From: Actinophytocola sp.
GTDB taxonomy: Bacteria > Actinomycetota > Actinomycetes > Mycobacteriales > Pseudonocardiaceae
DNA: 64,000 bases
NCBI RefSeq assembly: GCF_045807065.1
Contig: NZ_JBJMIE010000042.1
Location: forward strand, 2,724-66,723
Direction: 5' to 3'
Part shown: positions 9,623-19,714 of the stretch, in pieces
Layout: every line of letters starts with the position of its first letter
Position numbering within the stretch: the first letter of the stretch is position 1
Translations under genes and position numbers: made by a program
The notes under the pieces: model-generated
Databases searched by the model: none
What the model was told of the DNA's origin: nothing
The model's input: the letters and a program-made list of their open reading frames with translations, nothing else

Positions 9623-10231
9623 TCACGATCTCGGCAACGCCACACGGTAGGTGAGCTCGTACTCGTAGCCGTCGACCACCCGCACCGTGGCCGACAGCAC
9701 CGGGGCGCGCACGGTGCACGCCGTGGCCTCCCTGGTCACGTAGTCACCGCAGTCGATCGCGCCGTACAGGCTGTACGCGTCCGGTTGGCCGGTCGCGCCG
9801 CTGACCATCATCAGCACGCCGAAGATGGCGGACTTGAGGTCGCGGGGCGGGGCCGCGTCCAGCGTCGTCGTACCCGTCCCGTCGGCGTTCAGCGGGAAGC
9901 TCCAGGTGGTCATGCCGTACCGCGTGGTGATGCGGCTGTTGTTCGCCCGGCGCTCGTCGTGGAAGAACGTGCTTGAGTAGCCGTAGCGGCCGGCCGCGTC
10001 GCGCAGGCGACAGGTGTAGCCGGAGTCGTCGGGCACGGTGCAGTGGGCGGTGACCGTCGTGTGCTCTTCCCGCCCGACGCCCGACGCCACGTCCTGCTCG
10101 GCCTCATGCTGACTGGGTAGCGACGGCGTGGCCAGGGACCAGATCCCCACCGCGATACCCACCGCAGTGAGCACCGCCAGGCCGCGGAACCACCAGGACC
10201 TGACAACCTGGCTGGGCGTCTTGCTCTCCAC
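9623..10231 (-). CDS. Hypothetical membrane-anchored/exported protein
   Basis: Single N-terminal hydrophobic helix followed by a domain with four Cys. Confidence 0.6.
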   Translation of the reverse strand: MESKTPSQVVRSWWFRGLAVLTAVGIAVGIWSLATPSLPSQHEAEQDVASGVGREEHTTVTAHCTVPDDSGYTCRLRDAAGRYGYSSTFFHDERRANNSRITTRYGMTTWSFPLNADGTGTTTLDAAPPRDLKSAIFGVLMMVSGATGQPDAYSLYGAIDCGDYVTREATACTVRAPVLSATVRVVDGYEYELTYRVALPRS

Positions 10232-10503
10232 GCGACCTGTGATGGCCGGCGGTCACGTGCGGTTCCCTGTGACATCGTCGTGTGATGACACCTGCCCGCC
10301 ACCAGAGACTTTCGGTCTTCCTGTGGCGGCCCGCCGGGGACGGCAACCGGGTGCGCGTCGGCTAACCCGGGCTGCGCGGTGATCGTGTCGTCCGGGACCA
10401 GGCCGCGACCGCGGTCGCGAAGAAGGTGTGGACCCACCTACCCGAACCGTGACGGACGCGACCTCGATCGGCGCGGCGGCGGCGCCTGGAGGACGATCAA
10501 GCC

Positions 10504-10881
10504 GTGGACCTTCCCGAGGAACTGCTCGACCTGTTGCGGAACCGCGCCCTCTGCTTCGTCGCGACGGTCATGCCCGACGGCGCGCCCCAGCTGACCGAGA
10601 CCTGGGTCGACACCGACGGCACGCACATCCTCGTGAATACCGTCGAGGGGTTCCAGAAGATCAAGAACGTGCGGCGGGACCCGAGGGTGGCGCTCAACAT
10701 CGCCGATCCGGACCGGCCGGTGCGCTACTTCGACGTCCGTGGCCGGGTCGTCGGCATCTCCACGGACGGTGCCGCCGAGCACATCGAGAAGCTGTCACAC
10801 CGGTACACCGGCAAGCCCTACTCGTTCGGGCGCGGCGGTACGCGAGTGCTGCTCACGATCGAGGTCGACCGGGTCCGCTGA
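10504..10881 (+). CDS. PPOX-class F420-dependent oxidoreductase
   Basis: CFVATVMPDGAPQLTETW, KIKNVRRDPRVAL, YFDVRGRV, IEKLSHRYTG. Confidence 0.9.
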   Translation: MDLPEELLDLLRNRALCFVATVMPDGAPQLTETWVDTDGTHILVNTVEGFQKIKNVRRDPRVALNIADPDRPVRYFDVRGRVVGISTDGAAEHIEKLSHRYTGKPYSFGRGGTRVLLTIEVDRVR

Positions 10882-10961
10882 GGACGTTTGTTGGCATCGG
10901 CAGCGACAGAGGTTCGTCCGCCGGCCACGGGCCCGTCACCGAGGGCTGCTGATGTTGCCCC

Positions 10962-12998
10962 ATGTCAGAGACCACGGGACTCAACCGCCGCAGGTTCCTG
11001 CAACTGGCCGGCGCGACCGCGACATTCACCGCCTTATCGGACAGCATAGCCGCGGCCGCCGCCCTGCCGGCCCACCGCCGCACCGGCACCATCCGCGACG
11101 TCGAGCACATCGTGGTCCTGATGCAGGAGAACCGGTCGTTCGATCACTACTTCGGCGCGCTGCGCGGTGTCCGCGGCTTCGGCGACCCGCGCCCGGTGTC
11201 GCTGCCGAACGGCAGGTCGGTGTGGCACCAGTCCGACGGCACCAGGGACGTCCTGCCGTTCCGCCCGGCCGCCGACGACCTCGGCCTGCAGTTCATCCAG
11301 GACCTCAACCACGACTGGCAGGGCGGCCACCGCGCGCTCAACGGCGGTAGGTACGACCAGTGGATCCCGGCCAAGACGCCGACCACCATGGCGTACCTGA
11401 CCCGCGAGGACATCCCGTTCCACTACGCGCTCGCCGACGCCTTCACCGTCTGCGACGCCTACCACTGCTCGTTCATCGGCTCCACCGACCCGAACCGCTA
11501 CTACCTCTGGACCGGCTACACCGGCAACGACGGCACGGGCGGGGGACCGGTGCTCGGCAACGACGAAGCCGGCTACGGCTGGACCACCTACCCCGAGCGC
11601 CTCGAGCGCGCGGGCGTGTCGTGGAAGATCTACCAGGACGTCGGGGACGGCCTGGACGCCGCCGGTTCCTGGGGCTGGACGAACGACGCCTACATCGGCA
11701 ACTACGGCGACAACTCGCTGCTGTACTTCAACCAGTACCGCACCGCGCGGCCGGGGAACCCGCTCTACGACAAGGCGCGCACCGGCACCAACGCCAAGTC
11801 GGGCCAGGGTTTCTTCGACATCCTCGAAGCGGACGTGCGCGCGAACCGGCTGCCGCGGATCTCCTGGATCGCCGCGCCGGAGGCGTTCACCGAACACCCG
11901 AACTGGCCGGCGAACTACGGCGCCTGGTATGTCGCGCGCGTGCTCGACGCGTTGACCAGCAACCCGGACGTGTGGAGCAGGACGGCCCTGTTCATCACCT
12001 ACGACGAGAACGACGGCTTCTTCGACCACGTCGTCCCGCCGATGCCGCCGCTCTCACCCGCGCAGGGCAGGTCGACCGTCGACGTGGGCCTCGACCTCTA
12101 TCCCGGCGACGCGAGCCGCGTGCCCGGCGCGTACGGGCTGGGGCAGCGGGTGCCGATGCTGGTCGTGTCGCCGTGGAGCAAGGGCGGTTTCGTCTGCTCG
12201 GAGACGTTCGACCACACGTCGGTCATCCGCTTCATGGAAGAACGCTTCGGCGTGCACGAGCCGAACATCTCGCCGTGGCGCCGTACCGTCTGCGGTGACC
12301 TGACCTCGGCGTTCGACTTCGCGCAGGCCGATCCGCGGCCCGCGCGACTGCCCGGCACCGGCGGGTACGAGCCACCCGACCGCGACCGCCACCCCGACTA
12401 CGTGCCGCCGGTGCCCGCCGACCCGAAGCTGCCGGTGCAGGAACGCGGCCGGCGCCACACCAGACCCCTCCAGTACCAGCCGTTCGTGGACGCCCACGTG
12501 CAGCGGTCGGCACTGACGCTGACCTTCGGCACCGGCCCGGCGGCGGGCGGCGCGTTCCACGTCACGGCCGCGAACCGCACGGACGGCCCGTGGACGTACA
12601 CCACCGAGGCGGGCAAGACGGTCACGGACACGTGGACCGGTGCGTACGACCTGACCGTGTTCGGGCCCAACGGTTTCCTGCGCACGTTCGCGGGCGCGGC
12701 GCCGGTGGCCGAGGTGACCGCCCGGCACAACGGCGGCCGGGAGGCCCTGACCCTGACCCTGCACAACCCGTCGACCACGACGGTGAGTCTGACCGTCACC
12801 AGCGCGTACGGCGGACAGCGGACGTTCACCCTGCACCGCAACGCGACGCTCACGCACACGGTCGACCTGGACCGCACCGACCGCTGGTACGACGTGACCG
12901 TGACGTGCGACAAGGACAGGACGTTCCGCCGCCGGTTCGCAGGCCACGTCGAGAACGGCAAGCCAGGCCTGAGTGACCCGGCGATACTCACCCACTGA
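10962..12998 (+). CDS. Tat-exported phosphocholine-specific phospholipase C
   Basis: NRRRFLQ Tat signal; EHIVVLMQENRSFDHYFG, CDAYHCS, TDPNRYYLWTG, TYDENDGFFDHV, GLGQRVP; C-terminal DUF756-like domains. Confidence 0.95.
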   Translation: MSETTGLNRRRFLQLAGATATFTALSDSIAAAAALPAHRRTGTIRDVEHIVVLMQENRSFDHYFGALRGVRGFGDPRPVSLPNGRSVWHQSDGTRDVLPFRPAADDLGLQFIQDLNHDWQGGHRALNGGRYDQWIPAKTPTTMAYLTREDIPFHYALADAFTVCDAYHCSFIGSTDPNRYYLWTGYTGNDGTGGGPVLGNDEAGYGWTTYPERLERAGVSWKIYQDVGDGLDAAGSWGWTNDAYIGNYGDNSLLYFNQYRTARPGNPLYDKARTGTNAKSGQGFFDILEADVRANRLPRISWIAAPEAFTEHPNWPANYGAWYVARVLDALTSNPDVWSRTALFITYDENDGFFDHVVPPMPPLSPAQGRSTVDVGLDLYPGDASRVPGAYGLGQRVPMLVVSPWSKGGFVCSETFDHTSVIRFMEERFGVHEPNISPWRRTVCGDLTSAFDFAQADPRPARLPGTGGYEPPDRDRHPDYVPPVPADPKLPVQERGRRHTRPLQYQPFVDAHVQRSALTLTFGTGPAAGGAFHVTAANRTDGPWTYTTEAGKTVTDTWTGAYDLTVFGPNGFLRTFAGAAPVAEVTARHNGGREALTLTLHNPSTTTVSLTVTSAYGGQRTFTLHRNATLTHTVDLDRTDRWYDVTVTCDKDRTFRRRFAGHVENGKPGLSDPAILTH

Positions 12999-13057
12999 GG
13001 CACCGCACGAGCCGGCGTGTGACTGTCGGCCTGGGACGGGTCTGTGGTGTTCGTGAC

Positions 13058-14074
13058 ATGTCGGCTCGGACGGGGGTCGGGGCTGTCACCGTGGGACCAG
13101 TGACCGGGCGTGATGAGTTGGTGGGGCCGGAGTCGTCGACGGCACGCGGCGTTGTCCCTGTTGTGGGGGCGGTGACCGCTGGCGTCGGGCTGGCGGTGCA
13201 GGCCCGGTTGAACGGGGAGCTCGGTTCGTGGGTGGGCGACGGTATCGCGGCGACACTGGCGTCGACGACGGTCGGGCTCGTCCTGCTGCTGGTGGTTGTC
13301 CCGCTGCTCCCGGCCGGCCGACGCGGGCTGGATCTGATCCGCACGGCAGTGCGCACCGGCGAGTTGCGCTGGTACCACCTGGCCGGCGGTGTCTGCGGCG
13401 CGGTGTTCGTGGCCGGCCAGGGAATCAGCGTCGGAGCCGTCGGGGTCGCCGTGTTCACTGTCGCCGTCGTGGGCGGCACGGCCGTCGGTGGTCTGGTCGT
13501 CGACCGTTTCTGGAGCGGCGGCCCCAGCGGTCCGCGGCCGATCACGATGGCGCGGACGGCAGGGGCCGGGGTGTGTGTGGTGGCGGTCGCGATCGCCGGG
13601 CACGGAGCGTGGGACGGCTCCGGATCCCTGGCACTGGTCGTGCTGCCACTAATCGGCGGGATCGCGATCGCGGTCCAGTCAGGACTGAACGGGCGGGTCG
13701 GCGCGGTCGCGAGGTCTCCGTGGCCGCCCACGCTGATCAACTTCACGGTTGCCGCCGTCTCACTCACCCTCGCCCTGACCGTGCGGGTCGTGTTCCGCGG
13801 GGGCCCACCCGGCCGCCTCCCGACGGAACCGCTGCTCTACCTGGCCGGAGTGATCGGTATCGGCGTCATCGCGGTCGCCACGATCGCCGTGCGGCACATC
13901 GGTGTTCTGGTCTTCGGCCTGGCCAGCGTCACCGGCCAACTGCTCGGCGCGGTCGTGCTCGACGCACTCACCCCCGGCCGGCAGCCCTCACCCGCCACGT
14001 TCACCGGCGTCGCGATCACCTTCCTCGCACTGGTGCTGGCCGCCCAACCAGGTTTCCGAGGCGCCAACCACTGA
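13058..14074 (+). CDS. DMT family transporter (YdcZ/DUF606-like, duplicated domain)
   Basis: Two repeats (AVQARLNGEL / AVQSGLNGRV) and about ten hydrophobic helices. Start uncertain. Confidence 0.85.
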   Translation: MSARTGVGAVTVGPVTGRDELVGPESSTARGVVPVVGAVTAGVGLAVQARLNGELGSWVGDGIAATLASTTVGLVLLLVVVPLLPAGRRGLDLIRTAVRTGELRWYHLAGGVCGAVFVAGQGISVGAVGVAVFTVAVVGGTAVGGLVVDRFWSGGPSGPRPITMARTAGAGVCVVAVAIAGHGAWDGSGSLALVVLPLIGGIAIAVQSGLNGRVGAVARSPWPPTLINFTVAAVSLTLALTVRVVFRGGPPGRLPTEPLLYLAGVIGIGVIAVATIAVRHIGVLVFGLASVTGQLLGAVVLDALTPGRQPSPATFTGVAITFLALVLAAQPGFRGANH

Positions 14075-14143
14075 CTCGGGCGAGTGAACGCGCTCACACG
14101 AGACCGGGCCGGGCAGATCGGCGCCGCCGCGAGACGGCAACGG

Positions 14144-15457
14144 TCAGCACGGTGGACGTCTCGGCTGGCGCAACGCGGCCGGGATGAGCTCACCGTGCGC
14201 CGCCAACAGCTCGTCGCACATCGCCTCGGCCTGGCGGGTGGTCAGCACGGCGGCGGCGTTCGGGTCGAGTAGTACCGCTTGGTGCACGTGCCGGCGGTCG
14301 CCGTCCAGTACGGCGCGTACCGTCAGCTCGACGACGTTGAGGAACGTGCGGTTGAGGGCCGCCAGCTGCGGTGGCAGTGCGCCGACCGGCTGCGGGTGCG
14401 GCCCCGACGCGTCGACGACGGCCGGTACCTCCACACAGCATTCCGCCGGCAGGTTGCTGATCAGCCCGTCGTTGCGGACGTTGAGGTAGATCTCCCGCGC
14501 GGCACCGGTCTGGTGCGCGTGGATGAACTCCGACGCGAGCTCCGAGGTCGGTGTCAGCGTGAGCGGGCCGCCGCTCTCCAGCTCCCTGCGGGTCTCGCCG
14601 TACTCGTCGAGGTTGCGCTCGGACCGGCGCAGGTACTCCCCGACCGGGATGCGGAAGTGCTCGATCTCGTCGTCGTGGCGCATGAACCAGGGCACGTACT
14701 CCGCGCCGTGCTCGCTGGACTCGGTGGGGAAGTAGCCGAAGCGGCGGAAGATCTCGACCCGGACCCTGCGCCGCAGCTGGGGATCGGCGTCGATCGCGGC
14801 GTGAAGTCGGGGATACAGGTCGGTTCCGTCGTGCTCGAAGCGAAGCACGAACGCCTGGTGGTTGAAGCCGGCGGTCAGGAAGTCCACTTCGGACACCGGC
14901 AGGCCGGCGACCCCGGCGAGGAACCGGTGCGTGTCCCGGACCGAGTGGCACATCCCGACGACCCGGGCGAACGGCGTCCCGGCGTAGACCGCCCACGGCA
15001 GCATCGCCATCGGGTTGCTGTAGTTCAGCAGGTACGCGTCCGGCGCGACCTTCGCCAGGTCCTCACCGATCGCCATCAGCACCGGGATCGTGCGCAGGCC
15101 ACGGAAGACGCCGCCGACACCGATGGTGTCCGAGATGGTCTGGCGGACGCCGTAACGCGCGGGGATGTCGAAGTCGGTCCGCGTGGCCCGGTAGCCGCCG
15201 ACCTGGATCTCGTTGATGACGTAGTCCGCGCCCTCGACCGCGGCCTGCCGGTCGAGGCTCGAGCCGACGCGGGCACCCGCGCCGGTCTGCTGGTTTATCC
15301 GCCGTACCAACGCTTCCGCGTACCCGAGCCGCTCCTCGTCGATGTCGTGCAACATCAGGTCCAGCTGGCCGTGCAGCGCAGTGAACCCGCACAGGTCGGT
15401 GACGACGTTGCGGGTGAACTCGACGCTGCCCGCGCCGATGAACGCCACCTTGGTCAT
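14144..15457 (-). CDS. melA: GH4 alpha-galactosidase/alpha-glucosidase
   Basis: KVAFIGAGS NAD-binding start, DTIGVGGVFRGLRTIP, LNYSNPM, VGMCHSV (GH4 Cys-His), AGFNHQAF. Confidence 0.92.
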   Translation of the reverse strand: MTKVAFIGAGSVEFTRNVVTDLCGFTALHGQLDLMLHDIDEERLGYAEALVRRINQQTGAGARVGSSLDRQAAVEGADYVINEIQVGGYRATRTDFDIPARYGVRQTISDTIGVGGVFRGLRTIPVLMAIGEDLAKVAPDAYLLNYSNPMAMLPWAVYAGTPFARVVGMCHSVRDTHRFLAGVAGLPVSEVDFLTAGFNHQAFVLRFEHDGTDLYPRLHAAIDADPQLRRRVRVEIFRRFGYFPTESSEHGAEYVPWFMRHDDEIEHFRIPVGEYLRRSERNLDEYGETRRELESGGPLTLTPTSELASEFIHAHQTGAAREIYLNVRNDGLISNLPAECCVEVPAVVDASGPHPQPVGALPPQLAALNRTFLNVVELTVRAVLDGDRRHVHQAVLLDPNAAAVLTTRQAEAMCDELLAAHGELIPAALRQPRRPPC

Positions 15458-15504
15458 GCTCGCACTATGACACCGACTGCACGAAGCAAACAACGACTCG
15501 ACTC

Positions 15505-15539
15505 AAACGCGCAACTTCTACGCCGTTTACTGCGCGTTT
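15505..15539. promoter_or_regulatory. AAACGCGCA-N17-TGCGCGTTT inverted repeat upstream of the GH4 gene
   Basis: Shares the AACGCGCA half-site with the palindrome at 16494-16515. Confidence 0.5.
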
Positions 15540-15552
15540 GATCATGCGTACC

Positions 15553-16311
15553 TCAGACGAGCGTGACCTCGCAGCCGAGCGCCCGAATCGCGCCGATCTT
15601 GGCCTCGTCGGCGCGGTCGTCGGTGATCAGCAGGTCCACCTCGCCCATCTCGCACACCCGCGCGAGCGCGACCCGGCCGATCTTCGTGGCGTCGGCCAGC
15701 ACGATGGTCCGCCGCGCGCGGCTGCGCATCACCCCGTTCGCACGCGATCCCGCCGGGTCGTAGTTCGTGCAGCCGGCCTCGGCGTCGACCCCGTCCACGC
15801 CGACGAACGCGACGTCGAGGTTGTACTCGGACAGGAAGGTCTCGGCGGAGTGGCCGACCGCCTCCTGGCTGCTGCTGCGGATCTCCCCACCCGCCGAGAA
15901 CACCCGCAGCCGCGGGTTGTCCAGCAGGTGCAGCGCGACGTTGAGGGCGTTGGTGACGACGGTGAGCCCCTCGTGTTCCAGCAGCAGCCGCGCGAACTCG
16001 GTGACCGTGGTGCCGCCGGTCACCCCGATGACCCTGGCGCCGGCCAGGTGCTTGCGTGCCTCGTGCGCGATCTTGCGCTTCTCGGTAAGGTCCTGCGTGG
16101 TCTTGTAGCTCAGCGGCAGGTCGTTGAACGCGGCGTGGATCGTCGCGCCGCCCCGGGTCCGGCTGACCAGCCGCTGCTGTTCGAGCAGCTCGAGATCGCG
16201 CCGGATGGTCGCATGCGACACGTCGAACATCTCGGCGAGCTCCGGAACCTCCAACGACCCGTGCGCGACCACAGTGGACAGGATCTGGTTGAGACGTTGG
16301 TTGCGCCGCAT
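15553..16311 (-). CDS. DeoR/GlpR family transcriptional regulator
   Basis: LAEMFDVSHATIRRDLELLE HTH; GGTT, VVTNALN, LDVAFVG, TIVLADATKIG. Confidence 0.93.
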   Translation of the reverse strand: MRRNQRLNQILSTVVAHGSLEVPELAEMFDVSHATIRRDLELLEQQRLVSRTRGGATIHAAFNDLPLSYKTTQDLTEKRKIAHEARKHLAGARVIGVTGGTTVTEFARLLLEHEGLTVVTNALNVALHLLDNPRLRVFSAGGEIRSSSQEAVGHSAETFLSEYNLDVAFVGVDGVDAEAGCTNYDPAGSRANGVMRSRARRTIVLADATKIGRVALARVCEMGEVDLLITDDRADEAKIGAIRALGCEVTLV

Positions 16312-16493
16312 GGCGCCGAGGGTATCGCACGAACAAGCAGAGTGCGCATAGCTTCCCCGTCCTGCGCGCAATTTGCGCACAGGAGAGCGTTACCCGGTCT
16401 TAACCCCAACAAAGCGGAAGTATCGGACTTCGCTCTGTTGACCAGCCGATGAACGCGTGCCATAGTCCAGTTCAACATTCGGACCGATCATGT

Positions 16494-16515
16494 AACGCGC
16501 AAATATTTGCGCGTT
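16494..16515. promoter_or_regulatory. Perfect 22-bp palindrome AACGCGCAAATATTTGCGCGTT, putative DeoR operator
   Basis: Lies between the divergent deoR and sugar-ABC starts. Confidence 0.7.
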
Positions 16516-16577
16516 TTCTGATCGAAATGCTCGGAGTTCGCCGGCCCGGCCAGTCCCAGTTGTGAGAGGCGTCGCTC

Positions 16578-17906
16578 ATGTTCTCGCCGCGAAGGAACGT
16601 CCGGCTGACCGCCGGCATCGCCGTCCTGTCCAGCCTCGCCCTGCTGGGCACCGCGTGCGGGGGCGGCGACAGCGGCGCGTCCCAGGAGACGACCGGCGTC
16701 ACGATCAACGTCACCCTGGGAGCCGCGTCGCCGCCCCAGGCGGCGCTGGAGGCGTTCACGAAGTCCACCGGCATCAAGGTGAACTGGACGAACCTCGACT
16801 GGGACAGCCTGCAGACGAAGATCGCGGCGGCCGCCACCGCGAAGACCTACTTCGCCGACGCGACCGACGTCGACTGGTCGCGGGTGGGCCAGCTGGGCAA
16901 GCTCAACTGGTTCTATCCCATGGAGAAATACCTCGACACCAAGAAGCTGACCTCGGACATGCCGCAGCTGTCGTCGTTCACGACCGACGGCCACGTCGTC
17001 GGCATCCCGTACGACGCGTCGTTCCTCGTGGCCACGGTCAACAAGAAGATGTTCGCCGACGCCGGCGTCACGTCGATGCCGACGACGATCGCCCAGTACA
17101 CACAGGATCTGAAGCAGATCAAGGCAAAGGGCGCCGTCCAGTACCCGCTGAACATCCCGTTCGCGGCGGCCGAGGGCCTGTCCACCTACTGGTACCAGAC
17201 CACCGCGGCGTTCGGCGGCAAGGTACTGGACGAGAAGGGCAAGCCGCAGTTCGCCAGCCGAGGTTCCGCGGGGTACAAGGCGGCACAGTGGATGGTCGAC
17301 GCGCTGAAGCAGGGCCTCGTCGCGCCAGGCAACATCAACGTGACCGACAGCCAGGGACAGCAGACCCTGATGGCGCACGGGCAGACGGCCAGCGTGTTCG
17401 GCGACTACTCCGGCAACGTCGGCAGCCTGTACGACGTGCCGGAATCCTCGACGGTGGTCCATCAGGTCGGCTACCTGCCGACGCCCGGGGTGAGCGGACC
17501 GGGGCCGAACATGAGTAACCCCGACGGCATCGGCATCCCCGTGAACGCCAAGTACCCGAAGGCCGCGGCGAAGTTCATCGAATGGTTCACCTCGGCGGAG
17601 AACCAGGCCGACTTCGCGGGCCTGAACGGGCCGGACAAGGCGTGGAAGAGTTACAACATGCCGTCCCGCCTCAGCGCGGTCGAGCAGCTCAACAAGAACG
17701 GCAACATCATCGGCGGGGACACGCTCGCCTCGCTGCTGAAGGACCAGGCCCGGCCGGTGTTCCCCGGCGGCGCACCGAAGTGGTACCCGGAGTTCTCCAC
17801 CGCCGTCTACACGAACCTGCACGCGGCCGCGACGGGCGCGATGTCGGTCGACACAGCGATCAAGACCATCGCCGGCACCACGGACCGGCTGGCGAGCGGC
17901 CAGTGA
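16578..17906 (+). CDS. Sugar ABC transporter substrate-binding lipoprotein
   Basis: Lipobox LGTACG; family-1 SBP features (GIPYD, KAAAKFIEWF). Confidence 0.9.
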   Translation: MFSPRRNVRLTAGIAVLSSLALLGTACGGGDSGASQETTGVTINVTLGAASPPQAALEAFTKSTGIKVNWTNLDWDSLQTKIAAAATAKTYFADATDVDWSRVGQLGKLNWFYPMEKYLDTKKLTSDMPQLSSFTTDGHVVGIPYDASFLVATVNKKMFADAGVTSMPTTIAQYTQDLKQIKAKGAVQYPLNIPFAAAEGLSTYWYQTTAAFGGKVLDEKGKPQFASRGSAGYKAAQWMVDALKQGLVAPGNINVTDSQGQQTLMAHGQTASVFGDYSGNVGSLYDVPESSTVVHQVGYLPTPGVSGPGPNMSNPDGIGIPVNAKYPKAAAKFIEWFTSAENQADFAGLNGPDKAWKSYNMPSRLSAVEQLNKNGNIIGGDTLASLLKDQARPVFPGGAPKWYPEFSTAVYTNLHAAATGAMSVDTAIKTIAGTTDRLASGQ

Positions 17907-18841
17907 CCAGTACCCGGCTCCCGACCAGGCCGGTGACGACCAGCGAGCCCAGCCCGAGGCAGCGAAAACGCCGTCGCCGGTTCGATCTCCTGCCGTACGT
18001 GCTGGTCGCGCCGCTGGCGCTGTTCATCGTCGGCCTGGCGCTGGTGCCGGCGGGTTTCACGGTCGTGGAGTCGTTCTTCAAGGTCGACACCCTCGACCCG
18101 CCGACCCGGTTCTTCGGCCTCGGCAACTTCCGGCAGATCTTCGGAGATCCGCTGCTGCGCACCACCGTCGTCAACACGCTCGGCTACGTCGTGATCGGGA
18201 CGGCGTTGTCCACCATCCTCGGCATCGCGATGGCGGTCACCCTCCAGCACCGCTTCGCCGGGCGCTCGGTGCTCATCGCGATCCTGGTGCTGCCGTGGGC
18301 GCTGCCCGGTGTCGTGGAAGGCATCGTGTGGACCGGGATCTGGGACGCGAACACCGGACTGCTCAACAGCGTGCTCACCTCCCTGCACCTGATCGACCAC
18401 TACCAGGTCTTCCTCGGCCAGCACCGGTGGCTGACGATCTTCCTGATCGAGATCGTGCAGGTGTGGCAGATAACGCCGCTGTCGGCGCTGCTGGTGCTGG
18501 CCGCGCTGCAGAACATCCCCGGCGACCTGTACGAGTCCGCCCGGCTCGACGGCTGTTCGGGCCCGCAGGCGTTCCGGCGGATCACGCTGCCGCTGGCCCG
18601 GCCGGGCATCGCGATCGCGATGGTGCAGGCGGTGATCACCACACTCAACGTCTTCGACCAGCCGTACGTGCTCAACGGCGCCGCGTCGACCGCGTCGTCG
18701 GTGATGATCCAGACCTACCTCGTCAGCTTCCAGAACCTGAACTTCGGCGAAGGATATGCGTTGTCACTGCTCGTCACCGTGGCCACGCTGGTGCTGTCCC
18801 TCGGCGCGGTGAAGCTCGTGTACCGACGGGTGGAGTACTGA
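17903..18841 (+). CDS. Carbohydrate ABC transporter permease
   Basis: FFGLGNF and EAA loop IPGDLYESARLDGCS; GTG start overlaps the upstream stop. Confidence 0.92.
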   Translation: MTSTRLPTRPVTTSEPSPRQRKRRRRFDLLPYVLVAPLALFIVGLALVPAGFTVVESFFKVDTLDPPTRFFGLGNFRQIFGDPLLRTTVVNTLGYVVIGTALSTILGIAMAVTLQHRFAGRSVLIAILVLPWALPGVVEGIVWTGIWDANTGLLNSVLTSLHLIDHYQVFLGQHRWLTIFLIEIVQVWQITPLSALLVLAALQNIPGDLYESARLDGCSGPQAFRRITLPLARPGIAIAMVQAVITTLNVFDQPYVLNGAASTASSVMIQTYLVSFQNLNFGEGYALSLLVTVATLVLSLGAVKLVYRRVEY

Positions 18842-19674
18842 TGCGCGCGCGGATCCGGCTGCGGTGGTTCGGGATCGCGTTCATCCTGCTGTGGTCGCTC
18901 GTCCCGATCTACTGGACGATCAACATCAGCCTGCAGTCCGAGGCAGACCTCGGCAGCAAACCGGCGCACTACCTGCCACCCAATCCGACGCTGAAGAACT
19001 ACGAGGCACTGCTCAGCGGATCCGGCCCCGTGCCCGGCCAGATCCGCGCCTCCGCGGTCAACATCGTCGTCGAGTGCGCCGCCGCGACCATCATCACGGT
19101 CGTGCTGTCCACCCTTGCCGCGTACGCGTTCGCACGCATGAAGTTCAAGGGCCGCAACGTGTTGTTCTACGCGACCCTGGCGACGATGGCCTTCCCCGCC
19201 TACACGACGTTGATACCCCTGTACCAGATCCTCACCGAGTTCAGCCTCGTCAACACCTACACCGGCATCGTCCTGGTGTACGTCTCCGGCTTCCTCCCGC
19301 TGGCGACCTGGATCATGTACAACTACCTGCAGAGCCTGCCCGCCTCCCTGGAGGAAGCGGGCCTCGTCGACGGCGCACACCGGATGCAGGTCTTCTGGCA
19401 CGTGCTCCTACCGCTGGCCCGCCCCGGCATCATCTCGACGGCCATCATCACGTTCCTGTTCTCGTGGACGCAGTTCCTCTTCCCACTGGTGCTCTCCACC
19501 GACCTGTCCACCCAACCGCTGACCGTCGTCGTGCAGGCACTGCAAGGACAACACGTGGTACCGACGACGCTGCTCAGCGCCGCGGGCGTAATCGCGATCG
19601 CCGTACCCGCCGTCATCGGGTTCACCCTCAACCGCTACATCGTGAGCGGCCTACTCGCGGGAAGCGTCAAATAG
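18841..19674 (+). CDS. Carbohydrate ABC transporter permease
   Basis: AAYAFARMKFKGR and LPASLEEAGLVDGA; ATG overlaps the upstream TGA. Confidence 0.92.
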   Translation: MRARIRLRWFGIAFILLWSLVPIYWTINISLQSEADLGSKPAHYLPPNPTLKNYEALLSGSGPVPGQIRASAVNIVVECAAATIITVVLSTLAAYAFARMKFKGRNVLFYATLATMAFPAYTTLIPLYQILTEFSLVNTYTGIVLVYVSGFLPLATWIMYNYLQSLPASLEEAGLVDGAHRMQVFWHVLLPLARPGIISTAIITFLFSWTQFLFPLVLSTDLSTQPLTVVVQALQGQHVVPTTLLSAAGVIAIAVPAVIGFTLNRYIVSGLLAGSVK

Positions 19675-19714
19675 CGCGAACCGCTCCCACGAGTCCGTCC
19701 GCCCCGGCGAACAG

